Assembly (NCBI RefSeq): GCF_004010195.1 | Contig: NC_057711.1 | Span: 73,987,511 to 74,051,510, forward strand | Direction: 5' to 3' | Source of the DNA: Chiloscyllium plagiosum | Lineage: Eukaryota | DNA: 64,000 nucleotides | Shown here: positions 62,727 to 64,000 of the stretch, in pieces | Layout of the letters: every line of letters starts with the position of its first letter | Numbering within the stretch: the first letter of the stretch is position 1 | The notes under the pieces: model-generated | The model's database searches: none | What the model was told of the DNA's origin: nothing | What the model saw: only the letters and a program-made list of their open reading frames with translations | Translations under genes and position numbers: made by a program

Positions 62727-64000
62727 GTATTTTTTTTTTTAAATAAAGCAACTTCTTAGCCATTGGGACAGTAATCTTGGAGTGAATCGGGGAATAAGTG
62801 AGCAAATTGAATTCCCAGATTTGTACCCTCTGTGCACTTAAGCAGTAAATATCATGGAAGCAGAAGTTGCTGAAACACTTGTAAAATGCAAACTATAAAT
62901 TGTGTGATTCATCTCGCAAATTTAGAGGATTGCAGCAGAAAAGTTGTTATAGCTTGATGCCAAGTTTGTGTGCTCAAACAGCATTGTGCTGAATCTCAAT
63001 GGTTACAGTGCCCAAGGCCTTTCACCCTTCCATTGTGGGACCATGCTGGCTTACTGGGAGAGAAATTCATCTAGTGCTATCCACTAATTCCTCCTTAGCT
63101 GCGTGCACTTTTTTAAAATCTTTGTTTTCAGATAATCCAATCCCTCTTAAATGTCATAATTGAATCTGTCTTCCTTGGGGTCCTGCAATTCAGGACAGCC
63201 ATCAATCTTTTGACATTCATGGTATTGACATGGACCATGACCTTGGGTTGTTCTTCCAATCCCTACCCTGGGCAGCTGTGTCACTCCCAGTGTTATGGAC
63301 TGTGTATTTTCCCTGAAGACCAATAGCCAGTAGTACCCAAAATGGAATTTTAGGTGGTATCAGATGTTTCCTCAGTGCTGTCTGCTTGGTGCTCTTATTC
63401 TGTCTGACCATCCTTTCTGCCTTTTTAAATCTTTACCTGCACATCCCACTGTACATGGTTTCCATAAACGTCTCTGCCTTGAGGTGGCTCCAGCTGCTGT
63501 TCCAGATCCCAAATATGATTTTACTGTCTCTATAGATAGACACACTCCCTGAAAACATTGGCCACCCCTGGTCTCGTCCCTGACTTCCCCACTGCACTAG
63601 ACCAAGCTGCCATTGCCATGACTTCTCCTTTAAATTGCATTTTGTTTAGTTCCTTTGTATGTACAGGACATTACCTCACTTCTACTTTAAGAGCTTTGGC
63701 TAACCTCAACCAGTTTTACTCAGCTTGGACACTTAATATTCATTTGACTTTGGTAAGCAAGGCAATGACTTAGTCCATACTTGTTGCTGATCCCACTTGA
63801 GCTCTGTTTATCCTGCAATTTGTCACTTTGCTAATATTTTCAAAGCTCACCCCTCATGCAGCTTTTCAATATTTTTCACTTCCTTGAGGCTGTTTTGCAG
63901 TCATGGTTTTTTGTGTCCTGACTAGAGTCGCGTACGCTCCCCTCATGCTGAGTGTTAGAAAAGGCAAACACAAACAAAAATGAATCATGGACTTTGCATA

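Overview
Repeat-rich eukaryotic DNA, almost certainly from a cartilaginous fish. The evidence is the mix of CR1/HER1-type LINEs, HE1-type V-SINEs and shark-style Penelope repeats. The only host gene I can support is the 5' half of an annexin A1-like gene on the + strand: a TATA/CCAAT promoter near 50.5 kb, a putative non-coding exon 1, and coding exons at 56529-56579, 61845-61938, 62346-62440 and 62613-62726; the gene continues beyond the window. The first ~50 kb is intergenic and filled with decayed CR1 and L2/CR1-clade LINEs, a Ty3/Gypsy remnant, two solo LTRs, Harbinger remnants and two Penelope-like elements (PLEs). The most interesting signal is a set of tiny PLE-terminus insertions (44-223 bp), mostly fold-back and flanked by 14-17 bp target-site duplications (TSDs). 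Some carry minimal hammerhead ribozyme cores, and one near-perfect palindrome has a hammerhead core on each strand; a decayed full-ORF relative lies in the same window. Also present are several local templated duplications/inversions and a candidate repeat-adjacent 30-nt ANXA1 micro-exon. All calls were made by eye, without database searches; repeat boundaries are approximate.
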